From a virus, in the IMG/VR virus record IMGVR_UViG_3300044818_000015, positions 26,045 to 90,044 of that record: DNA of 64,000 nt; one strand, written 5' to 3'. A program made the translations under genes and the position numbers. Shown one piece after another: positions 1-7,322 of this stretch. The first letter of the stretch is position 1. Each line of letters begins with the position of its first letter. The notes under the pieces were generated by a model, which searched no databases, was not told the DNA's origin, and saw only the letters and a list, made by a program, of their open reading frames with translations.

Positions 1-318
1 CATAGCCTCGAACGATCTCCCTCGCGGGCAGTTGCGGAAGCCGTCGCGCCAGGCCAGATCGTTCTTCTCGTCGATCGACAATTCGACGCCCTCGATCACC
101 ACGCCAAAGGATCCGTCGCCGCGCTCGTAGATCTCGATGCCCTCCACCTTCGAGCACGGCCACCTGCCCAAGAGCCGCATCGTCTTCTGACGTGGATCCA
201 CATAGCAGTGACAGGTTTCCCCGACACGCGGGGCAATCTTCCGCTCTCCACGTATGCTGTGACGCTTCGAGCCCTCCTCGACCAACGGCGCAAACTGGCG
301 CTTAAATCCCAGGAGCAT
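1..318 (-). CDS. ASCH/PUA-like domain protein (runs off the left edge)
   Basis: Manually translated from ATG 318: MLLGFKRQFAPLVEEGSKRHSIRGERK...; F-K-x-x-F...G-x-K-x-x-[ST]-I-R is the ASCH signature; open to position 1. Confidence 0.65.
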   Translation of the reverse strand, partial: MLLGFKRQFAPLVEEGSKRHSIRGERKIAPRVGETCHCYVDPRQKTMRLLGRWPCSKVEGIEIYERGDGSFGVVIEGVELSIDEKNDLAWRDGFRNCPRGRSFEAM

Positions 319-319
319 C

Positions 320-430
320 TCAGTGCTTCCTTCTTCTGTCGCCAGCCCAGCCGGCCAGCCAGATCACGCCGATTACCAGGAGCAACATGACCACTACGCC
401 AATCACGATTCCGATCAAAAGTCTGTCCAT
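320..430 (-). CDS. 36-aa single-pass membrane peptide
   Basis: MDRLLIGIVIGVVVMLLLVIGVIWLAGWAGDRRRKH; TAATG overlap with upstream gene; hydrophobic helix with basic tail. Confidence 0.65.
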   Translation of the reverse strand: MDRLLIGIVIGVVVMLLLVIGVIWLAGWAGDRRRKH

Positions 431-657
431 TACGCTTTTTCTCCTTCGGGCTCGTCTTGCGTTGCGGTGGGGGCGGTGGAAGTCGCCGGACGCTCAAAGC
501 GTGCGGATATCGCGACGGCTTCGAGCACCACGCGAAGGTAATTGCCGCTGAGCGTGTGCACCAGGTTCCACAGATTGAGCGGGCAACTCAGGATGTGCAG
601 TGCGCCGCGCCAGCCGGCATCGCCAAGCAGGCCGTGAGGGATCACGGGTGTTTTCAT
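430..657 (-). CDS. hypothetical protein (75 aa)
   Basis: ATGA coupling at 654-657 and TAATG coupling at 428-432. Confidence 0.6.
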   Translation of the reverse strand: MKTPVIPHGLLGDAGWRGALHILSCPLNLWNLVHTLSGNYLRVVLEAVAISARFERPATSTAPTATQDEPEGEKA

Positions 658-842
658 GAGAATTGCACCTCGCCGAACAGGCAGCACTGGAGGAACACGT
701 CGCCCGTTGTCGCATCGTCATCCTCCTTGAGGAAGTCGGCGAAGGTCTTCGAGGCCGGATTGTCGCAGTTGTCGCAAACCACCAGGCCGTTCTTGATGGC
801 GTGCAAGCGGCGCGCCCGCGCAATGATCTTAGCTATCGTCAT
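654..842 (-). CDS. small Cys-containing hypothetical protein
   Basis: CDNC and CC motifs; ATGA overlaps at both ends. Confidence 0.65.
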   Translation of the reverse strand: MTIAKIIARARRLHAIKNGLVVCDNCDNPASKTFADFLKEDDDATTGDVFLQCCLFGEVQFS

Positions 843-1483
843 TTGCGCTCCAGATACACGCCGCCTCCCAGCCTCGCGCCAGGCACAGCAATATCCGCCT
901 TCAGATCCGCCTTGACCATCGACGTAGAGACTTCCACCTTGGCCGACCGCACCTCACCGAGCACCTGTTCGCGAAGGTCGAGATCGAGCGAGTCGCAGAC
1001 CAGTTCCCATGTCTCCGCCGGCAGCGTCACGGTGACGCGCTTGTATTTCGTGGGCACGGCCTGCTCATCGACCACCTCGGCCCGCTTGTCGCAGCCTCGG
1101 GCATTGAAGGTGACGGTGGTGCCCTCCAGGCGCCGGCGTTTGCCCTTGGCGTCCAGTCCCAGGCTGTCGATGGTGCGCAGGACGTAGCGCTCGACAAAGG
1201 CGAAGGCGCGGGTGTAGCGCGCCTCCCTGGCCTCCTGCCGCTTGCGCTCATCGTGGGCACAGGCGATCATCGATTCGCACTGAGCCATCCAGGCGCTCAC
1301 GCGATCGCGCTTGGCGACGGCCGCGAGGAGCGCGGCCTGCAGTTCCATGCCGTACTCGGCCTCCAGCTCGGCAGGGACCGTTTCCTTACTGTCGAGGAGT
1401 GTCTGAAGGTGCTGCTCAATATCGAGCATGCCGCGTGGTGCAGCCAGCGCGGATACTTCGGGGGCTTGGGCAAGAGCTAGCAT
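839..1483 (-). CDS. Siphovirus Gp157-family protein
   Basis: Coiled N-terminus, VVDEQAVPTKY and VKADLKADIAVPGARL motifs; start set at TAATG overlap 1483. Confidence 0.75.
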   Translation of the reverse strand: MLALAQAPEVSALAAPRGMLDIEQHLQTLLDSKETVPAELEAEYGMELQAALLAAVAKRDRVSAWMAQCESMIACAHDERKRQEAREARYTRAFAFVERYVLRTIDSLGLDAKGKRRRLEGTTVTFNARGCDKRAEVVDEQAVPTKYKRVTVTLPAETWELVCDSLDLDLREQVLGEVRSAKVEVSTSMVKADLKADIAVPGARLGGGVYLERK

Positions 1484-2610
1484 TACGCCACCGCCTTGCG
1501 GACGATTGCATCGAGGCGCCAGTAGCATTCCCGCGCCTTCCCGTAGGCGTTGGGCGCCTTATTATCGATCGCGTTGCGCAGGTCTTGAAAGGAGCGCCAG
1601 CCGAACCGGTCCAGCTCGTCGCGCCAAGCCGTTTCGCCAGCCTTCTCGCGCATGACTTTGAAATGCTCGGCTAGCTCCTTCATGTTCTTCCAGGGGGCGT
1701 TGCGGTCGAGGTTGCCGCTGGCAATCTTCTGCTCTGCGACGTACTGCGCCGCGGCGCGCGTGTTCGGCGGGTTGCCGCCGATATCGATGTCCTCGGCCAC
1801 GGAGAAGTCCTCCACGTCCTGCGTGAAAAACTCGCTCGCGCTGGTGGCGTTCACCGTTCCTGAGATCTTCGCTCGCTTATAGGCAATTTTGAGAATGGTA
1901 TTCACCACGTCGGCGACGTCGGGATTCAGCTTGCGTCCAGTCTCCTGGCTTTCGATGGATTGGTCGCCATCATTGAATACCGTGCCGCAGCCGTCCGTCT
2001 TGCGCCAGCAATACCAGCCGCCGTCCCGGCTCTTACGGATGTTCGCCTTGCCGCAGCTCGGGCAGGTCCGCTCCGCCTTGCGCCAGCGGTACTTGCTCTC
2101 CCACGAGCTGCAGGAGCCCACGCCCTCGCCGATCAGGAAGTCGCCGCGGTATACCAATGTGCGGATCTGGTAATAGAAGAACATCTCCCCGCCGTGGTGC
2201 TCTCCGCTCCAGTCCTCCACCTTCTCGAGGAACTCGTACTTGAGTGTGAGCCCGAACAGGTTGCACAGCTTGTCCGCGCCCGGCTGGAGGAGCGCCGGTT
2301 TGGTGGTGCCGGGAATCTTGCCGTAGTCCACGTCCTCCGTCATGAGGCGCTTCATCGCCTGGACGATCACCTCGCGCCGCTGCACGGCTTGCTCGATGTC
2401 CATCACCGGCATGAACCGCGCCAGTTCGTTGCTACCATGCTGGGTAGCAGGGAGTGTGACCACCTCTGCCTGTTTTGCCAATTCCAGCGCGGGTGCTTCT
2501 ACACCCGCGTTGGTCCTGCCGTTTAAACATTCCATCGTCCCTCTCCTTTTGAATTCGTCCTCGCCCTTCATTCGGTCTGCGTATGCGCGCTGGGCCTCCA
2601 GGGTGTTCAT
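1483..2610 (-). CDS. probable single-strand annealing recombinase with Zn-ribbon insert
   Basis: DYGKIPGT.KP.L..PGA.KL, NTILKIAYKRA and FTQDVED motifs; CPSC...C...C insert; next to Gp157. Alternative start 2535 has a strong SD (AGGAGAGG). Confidence 0.6.
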   Translation of the reverse strand: MNTLEAQRAYADRMKGEDEFKRRGTMECLNGRTNAGVEAPALELAKQAEVVTLPATQHGSNELARFMPVMDIEQAVQRREVIVQAMKRLMTEDVDYGKIPGTTKPALLQPGADKLCNLFGLTLKYEFLEKVEDWSGEHHGGEMFFYYQIRTLVYRGDFLIGEGVGSCSSWESKYRWRKAERTCPSCGKANIRKSRDGGWYCWRKTDGCGTVFNDGDQSIESQETGRKLNPDVADVVNTILKIAYKRAKISGTVNATSASEFFTQDVEDFSVAEDIDIGGNPPNTRAAAQYVAEQKIASGNLDRNAPWKNMKELAEHFKVMREKAGETAWRDELDRFGWRSFQDLRNAIDNKAPNAYGKARECYWRLDAIVRKAVA

Positions 2611-2981
2611 GCCGCCATCGCCTCCGTTGCCAGGGCGAGCGCAGCGCCCTCGAATTCGCGCAGCGCGCTGTCCCGGTGCTTGAGATAGGACTCGATCAGC
2701 GCGGGGATGATCGGATCCAGCTTCTCGGCGATCGCCAGGAATACCTTGGGGTTCTTGCGCGGCAACTGGGCGCAGAGCACGCGCACGCTCTTATCGCCGA
2801 AGAGCATGAAGGATTCGCTCGTGCCGTAGGTGTCGTGCTTTATCGTCACGGTGCTGATGCGGAGGTAGATTCCCCGAATCCGCGCGTCTTTGTCGTAGGA
2901 CAGGGCAAGTTTGGCAACTTCCCCTTCCGGAGCGCTGAGATAGCGGTAGTCTCCGTCGTGTCTGAGCGTTAGGTGTGTCAT
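2607..2981 (-). CDS. hypothetical protein (124 aa)
   Basis: MTHLTLRHDG start with AAGGGAG SD; ATGA coupling downstream. Confidence 0.65.
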   Translation of the reverse strand: MTHLTLRHDGDYRYLSAPEGEVAKLALSYDKDARIRGIYLRISTVTIKHDTYGTSESFMLFGDKSVRVLCAQLPRKNPKVFLAIAEKLDPIIPALIESYLKHRDSALREFEGAALALATEAMAA

Positions 2982-3010
2982 CGTCGTTTTGGCTCCCTTT
3001 TCTGCGCGGG

Positions 3011-3403
3011 TTAGGCCGCGCCCATGTCTTCGTACTGCTGTACTGCCGTCACCGCCCGCAGTCGCGCGTTCCAGCGGCTCCGGTCGTTGTGGTACTCGCA
3101 GGTAAACGGGTTGAACATATCGACGTCCGTCTGCGTGCAGGTGCATTCCGGCTCTTCGCTCTCGACCGCTGCAATGGCGCAAGCGAGACATGAGGGCCAG
3201 CCGTCGACGGCCGCCCGGTGCTCGTTGCAGAAAAGCGCGTTGCAGCCTTCGCATACAAATGACAGGTGATCGCACCCGCCCTTGCAGAGCCGGACTGCGC
3301 AGCCTGGGTGTCCGCAGCGCACGGCCTCGAGCTCCGGTACTCCGTCTTCGTCCCGCTCTACGTGATCGAAGGTCGTTGAACAATTACTGCAAGTGGCTGT
3401 CAT
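3011..3403 (-). CDS. Cys-rich zinc-finger protein
   Basis: Several CxxC/CxxH pairs; ATGA coupling to upstream gene. Confidence 0.7.
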   Translation of the reverse strand: MTATCSNCSTTFDHVERDEDGVPELEAVRCGHPGCAVRLCKGGCDHLSFVCEGCNALFCNEHRAAVDGWPSCLACAIAAVESEEPECTCTQTDVDMFNPFTCEYHNDRSRWNARLRAVTAVQQYEDMGAA

Positions 3404-3717
3404 GCGGATCTCCTTTGTCTTTCGTTCCAGAGGCGGTTGTAGTGGTTGATCAGCGCCGGGATGTTCAATCCGTGGCGTTCCGCGAATGCCTGGGGATCGT
3501 CGTCGAATTCGTCGTGTTCTTTTCTGGTCAGTGGGATTGTGGAGAAGTCAGAGGACTTCTGTCCCGTCCCGTGCGGTCCCGTGTGGCAGGCATCGCAGCC
3601 GCCATATCCCGAGACGACGGATGCCTGTGTACGGATGAAGGCCAAGTACTTCTTGTCGCGTGCCGGCTTTACCCCTTTGTAGATCGGGTTGGTTGCGACT
3701 TGGAAGGCTTGGTACAT
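3400..3717 (-). CDS. DUF968/HNH-like putative nuclease with degenerate Zn site
   Basis: KYLAFIR..., H...G.GQK.SD..TIPL...H pattern; first gene after the leftward promoter. Confidence 0.7.
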   Translation of the reverse strand: MYQAFQVATNPIYKGVKPARDKKYLAFIRTQASVVSGYGGCDACHTGPHGTGQKSSDFSTIPLTRKEHDEFDDDPQAFAERHGLNIPALINHYNRLWNERQRRSA

Positions 3718-3724
3718 TTGGACT

Positions 3725-3809
3725 ATGCTTGCCTGTAAGTATTATGCTTGCTGGCAGGCATCACGTCAAGTACTATCTTTCTAGCAAGCATGTGCTTGCC
3801 GGAAGGTAT
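3725..3809. promoter_or_regulatory. four 18-bp imperfect palindromic operators, consensus ATGCTTGC-NN-GCAAGCAT
   Basis: 3725-3742 ATGCTTGCCTGTAAGTAT; 3744-3761 ATGCTTGCTGGCAGGCAT; 3774-3791 TATCTTTCTAGCAAGCAT; 3792-3809 GTGCTTGCCGGAAGGTAT; lie between divergent genes. Confidence 0.75.
3741..3769 (-). promoter_or_regulatory. sigma70-type leftward promoter
   Basis: TTGACG (3769-3764), 17 nt, CATAAT (3746-3741). Confidence 0.75.
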
Positions 3810-3823
3810 ATGATGGATGCCTG

Positions 3824-3985
3824 ATGGCACAGGAACAAGAAGGGAAGCCTTTGACCGTTAAGGAAATGGCCGCGATGGGGGGGAAGGCTCGCGCCAAGGG
3901 CCTGACGAAGAAGCGCCGAAAGGAAATAGCCTCCGACGCGGCAAAGAAGCGCTGGGCATCGACGAAGGCGGACGGGCCCAAGTAA
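3824..3985 (+). CDS. 53-aa basic KGG-like small DNA-binding protein, candidate regulator
   Basis: MAQEQEGKPLTVKEMAAMGGKARAKGLTKKRRKEIASDAAKKRWASTKADGPK; below ORF-track cutoff; TATGAT at 3809-3814 just upstream. Confidence 0.75.
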   Translation: MAQEQEGKPLTVKEMAAMGGKARAKGLTKKRRKEIASDAAKKRWASTKADGPK

Positions 3986-4061
3986 AGTCCTGCTGATCGG
4001 GTCTCCTACCGGACTGGCACTATCCCGAAACGCACGAACAGCCTACTGGAGGTTCCTCACC

Positions 4062-4892
4062 ATGGTTAACAACCGAACACTCGCATTGACGCTGCTCACG
4101 ACTATGGCGGTCTCGACCGCGTATAGCCAAGCTGTCAACGCCCAAGCCATCAACGCGGCCAGCGGAGCTGCAATCGTGGCTCCTGGATCGCTCATTTCCG
4201 TATTTGGGAAATTTGATGCTCCCACAGGAAAGGCCACGACGCTGCCGTTGCCGACGACAACAATACCAGGGGGATTCTCCTTCATGATGGCCGGTGGTGC
4301 AGGCATACTCGCTCGATCCGTTTCGTTGCTCTATTGGAGCCCTTCCCAGATCAACGCGCTCCTGCCGGCTTCGGCCACGTCTCAAAGCCAGTTTCTGGAA
4401 TATATCTATGGCCAACCACTGTCCGGCAGGGTTTTGCTTAGTGTTGCGGCGCAAGCGCCCGGCATCTTCACCAACCCGGTTTCCGATTGCAGCCTCGCGG
4501 CGGACGGCTGTTGGCAGCGGATCTTAAGGGGGATCATCACGGACGGCTACTACTTTCCGATCAACAGTCTCAATGCCGCTCGTCCGGGCCAATCTCTTGT
4601 GATTTGGGTCACTGGATTGGGAAGCAACGTCGTCTCGCTGCCGTTAAGCGAATACCCCGTTGTCGCGCTTCTGCCAAGCGGCGCCGCGGTAACGGTCAAG
4701 GTGTTCTATGCCGGGCCGACAACGTTCGCGGGATTGGATCAGGTCAACATCACTCTACCCGGCGGCAAGGCGCTCTCTCCGGGATGCGTAGTTGGCGCAC
4801 ATGTCGAGATTCCCTTATCAATGAAGTCCGTTGTCACGGGCATCCAGTCCAACACGGTTTTACTGCCGGTCGTCACCGATTCCTGTAACTAA
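4062..4892 (+). CDS. secreted TIGR03437-like (Solibacter C-terminal domain) protein
   Basis: Signal peptide; NAAS, APGSLISVFG, LLYWSPSQIN, APGIFT, ARPGQ..VIWVTGLG, YAGP..AGLDQVN motifs; GGAGG SD. Confidence 0.8.
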   Translation: MVNNRTLALTLLTTMAVSTAYSQAVNAQAINAASGAAIVAPGSLISVFGKFDAPTGKATTLPLPTTTIPGGFSFMMAGGAGILARSVSLLYWSPSQINALLPASATSQSQFLEYIYGQPLSGRVLLSVAAQAPGIFTNPVSDCSLAADGCWQRILRGIITDGYYFPINSLNAARPGQSLVIWVTGLGSNVVSLPLSEYPVVALLPSGAAVTVKVFYAGPTTFAGLDQVNITLPGGKALSPGCVVGAHVEIPLSMKSVVTGIQSNTVLLPVVTDSCN

Positions 4893-5035
4893 GGGACGCG
4901 CAATGAGCCGGCCGCCCATGATGAAGCCGGGTGGGCGCTTCGAGTTAACCCAAAACGCAGCCCAAGGCGTTTCTTCGGGCACGTATTGAGAAGCTACGAT
5001 GGCAGGAGTATCACGCCGGACGGAGGATTCTCTAA

Positions 5036-5347
5036 ATGAGCGATCAAGACAAATTCGAAGCACAAGGGCGCGCCCACGCTGCGCTGAGAGCGGCCAGGTC
5101 CAACGTAGCGACACTGACGGTCGCCCTTCGCGAGTTTTCCCAAGGGCTCAGGGAGCTGAGCCAGGAGATTGAAATACTCGTTGCCGACCCCGCGCGCCAC
5201 GAGTCTGGGGCGATCAAACCGCAAGCCGAGAATCTTGGTGACCACCTGCGGCGGCTCGACGTTGGCAGCGCCGCTTTTCAACTCGCTGAGATTTGCCGGG
5301 AAGCCACGAAGGCCCGTCTACTTGAAGCGGAGATTGCGAAGTTTTGA
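5036..5347 (+). CDS. hypothetical coiled-coil protein
   Basis: GGAGG SD; helical composition. Confidence 0.65.
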   Translation: MSDQDKFEAQGRAHAALRAARSNVATLTVALREFSQGLRELSQEIEILVADPARHESGAIKPQAENLGDHLRRLDVGSAAFQLAEICREATKARLLEAEIAKF

Positions 5348-5614
5348 CTAGGCGACCGTGATTCGTGCAAAGGGGCCGACCGCCGAGCCAGTTAAGGAAG
5401 TTGGGCCAGCGTAGCGAAGGGGATTACGGCGCGAACCGGCGAAGGAATCGAGCCCTCAATCCGGGATCTTCCTTGTCGGGATTGTCGATCATGTCTTGAA
5501 CGAAGCGGGGGAGGGGATTGTAAATGAGAGCCGGTCGTGCAGAAGTGGCGGACATTTTTCGCAAGTGGCTCGCCGAACGTACGTTCTTGCGTTGTGACTT
5601 CACCTTCCATAAAA

Positions 5615-5818
5615 CTAACAAATAGGATGCGTCCACGCCCAAACATTCAAAAGGACGCCGTCAGACCTGCCCCCAATTTGCCGTTCCACGTCGGCCCGAG
5701 ACGTGCCGACCGCTACTATCTTGCCATCGTCTGAGACGTAAACCCACGACTTCGGGGGAAGCCCGGATAGGTCAACTTCGAAAGGTGCCGTTGCTCGTCC
5801 ATCATCGATATGTTGCAT
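5615..5818 (-). CDS. DUF5678-like small protein
   Basis: KSWVYVSDDGKIVAVGTSRADV pattern; start set at MQHIDDG with GGGGAAG upstream. Confidence 0.5.
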   Translation of the reverse strand: MQHIDDGRATAPFEVDLSGLPPKSWVYVSDDGKIVAVGTSRADVERQIGGRSDGVLLNVWAWTHPIC

Positions 5819-6337
5819 AACTTCCCCTATTCTAAAGTGCCGGTAGACCACGGCAATGCATTCCCAGAGGTCCATATCGCGATGCGCCCAGTCTTACGGG
5901 TAACGCTGCGAAGCCCAACCGGCGAGGCACCGTTTACGGCAATTGTAGATTCCGGTGCCGACTATTGCCTGTTCCCCCTGCACCTGAGGGCCAAGCTCGG
6001 GCTGCGCATGGAAGATGCCAGGAGCGTGTCGGGGATAGCGGGCTATGGATCCAGCTACGATAATGGCCAGGATGTCTTATTCTGGCCATTGGTGCTGGAC
6101 ATCGCTCCAGGGCTCTCGATCAGCACGGTAGTTGGTTTTGCCGAGCGGCAGGACGAAGTAGGCTTTGGCCTTTTAGGTCAACTCGGCTTCTTCAGCAAGG
6201 TGGCGCAGGTTTATTTCGACCATAGGGCTGGATGGTTTGCGATCAAGCCTTTAGATCCGGCGGAGTCTTTCGCTATGCCACCTGGGACCAGGCCGAGAAG
6301 GGACACGCTGCGGTTGTGGCGAGTGCGCACAAGTTAG
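5810..6337 (+). CDS. retropepsin-like aspartyl protease
   Basis: AIVDSGADY catalytic motif, GLLGQLGFF motif, N-terminal F.Y...RP.L.V. Confidence 0.8.
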   Translation: MLHNFPYSKVPVDHGNAFPEVHIAMRPVLRVTLRSPTGEAPFTAIVDSGADYCLFPLHLRAKLGLRMEDARSVSGIAGYGSSYDNGQDVLFWPLVLDIAPGLSISTVVGFAERQDEVGFGLLGQLGFFSKVAQVYFDHRAGWFAIKPLDPAESFAMPPGTRPRRDTLRLWRVRTS

Positions 6338-6339
6338 CC

Positions 6340-6594
6340 AAGGGGTGACGGCCTGCTTAAAAAGAAGCGGCTAAAAGAAGCGGCTAAGGGCGAAGAGTAA
6401 TTTGACGATCAGTGCACAGTGGAGAGGAAAGATCGAGGACACCCTGCTCATCTTGTGCTGTTGCTTCTTCTATGTCGTAGCTTTCGTATCGTTCTGGGTT
6501 TTGGCGGAATGGTTGGGCGGCAAGGAGACTCTAGTGCAGGTCGTCAGCAATTTGATGAAGCGGGTCTTCTAGCTTATAAGGGGTGACGGGCCTG
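6340..6594 (+). repeat. direct repeat AAGGGGTGACGG(G)CCTG flanking a small gene
   Basis: Copies at 6340-6355 and 6578-6594; tandem AAAGAAGCGGCTA x2 at 6361-6386. Confidence 0.7.
6402..6572 (+). CDS. 56-aa membrane peptide
   Basis: TTG start; LLILCCCFFYVVAFVSFWVLAEWLG hydrophobic helix. Confidence 0.45.
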   Translation: MTISAQWRGKIEDTLLILCCCFFYVVAFVSFWVLAEWLGGKETLVQVVSNLMKRVF

Positions 6595-6653
6595 TTACTT
6601 CGGGCACGTCTTGAGGAGGATGGGATGGCAGAGAATACGCCGGGCGAGGGACC

Positions 6654-7004
6654 ATGAAGAAGAAAACCGAAGTCGCCGTCATCGTCGCCGAGGAAGTCCC
6701 GCCGCCGCCGTCCGAGCTGAAGGACTGGGCACTTGTGGAATTATTCGGGCATCAGAAGATCGTCGGCTATCTCTCGCAGCAAGCGTTCGGTACCGGCGTG
6801 TTGTTCCGCGTGGACGTGCCGGACTTGCTGAAGGATTCGAAGGTAGTGCGGAAGGGTTTCACGCGCTACTTTGGACTCTCCGCGATTTACTCCATCACGC
6901 CAGTCGACGAGGCCACGGTTCGCGCGTTGCTGCCGTCTATTGATGGGACACCGGCGGCGCGCCCGCTATCACTCCGAAGCTACGACCGCGACGATTATGG
7001 TTAA
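6654..7004 (+). CDS. conserved phage hypothetical protein
   Basis: WALVELFGHQKIVG...LFRVDVP...YFGLSAIYSITP; GAGGG SD. Confidence 0.75.
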   Translation: MKKKTEVAVIVAEEVPPPPSELKDWALVELFGHQKIVGYLSQQAFGTGVLFRVDVPDLLKDSKVVRKGFTRYFGLSAIYSITPVDEATVRALLPSIDGTPAARPLSLRSYDRDDYG

Positions 7005-7005
7005 A

Positions 7006-7205
7006 CTGCGTCCGGCGAGCGCTTCCGCAATAGCTGAGAATGGGTATGGCCGCCTAGTCCTGGCCTCGCGAACCTGGATGAACGTAGGAGTCCTTGACCT
7101 GCTGGCGGCCAGCTTGAGTCAAACCCGATAGCGCCTAAAACGCCTTGTGTAAAGAGATTCGTGGTTTGCTTTACACAATGGGCCTGCGTCCGGCGAGCGC
7201 TATCG
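7006..7205. repeat. 18-bp direct repeat plus nested inverted repeats
   Basis: CTGCGTCCGGCGAGCGCT at 7006-7023 and 7184-7201; CGATAGCGC 7126-7134 pairs with GCGCTATCG 7197-7205; TTGTGTAAAG 7145-7154 pairs with CTTTACACAA 7169-7178. Confidence 0.75.
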
Positions 7206-7322
7206 TTGGGGCATCTCAAAACGCGCCCGAAGAAGAAAAAGCCTGATTTGTCTCTTTTTGGGTGCGCTGGGAAGGCCCAGGTTGAATTGCTGGAGGGATA
7301 GGAGGGGTAAGAGTGCGGGAGT

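Noticed and set aside
5392-5646. Two overlapping minus ORFs (84 and 72 aa)
   Set aside because: Could not decide which, if either, is real; no recognisable motif
7001-7219. 72-aa minus ORF
   Set aside because: TTG start, poor composition, and it overlaps strong hairpins better explained as non-coding structure
1-7322. Integrase, att site or CI repressor
   Set aside because: No recombinase catalytic motifs or HTH-S24 protein found; lifestyle cannot be settled from this window
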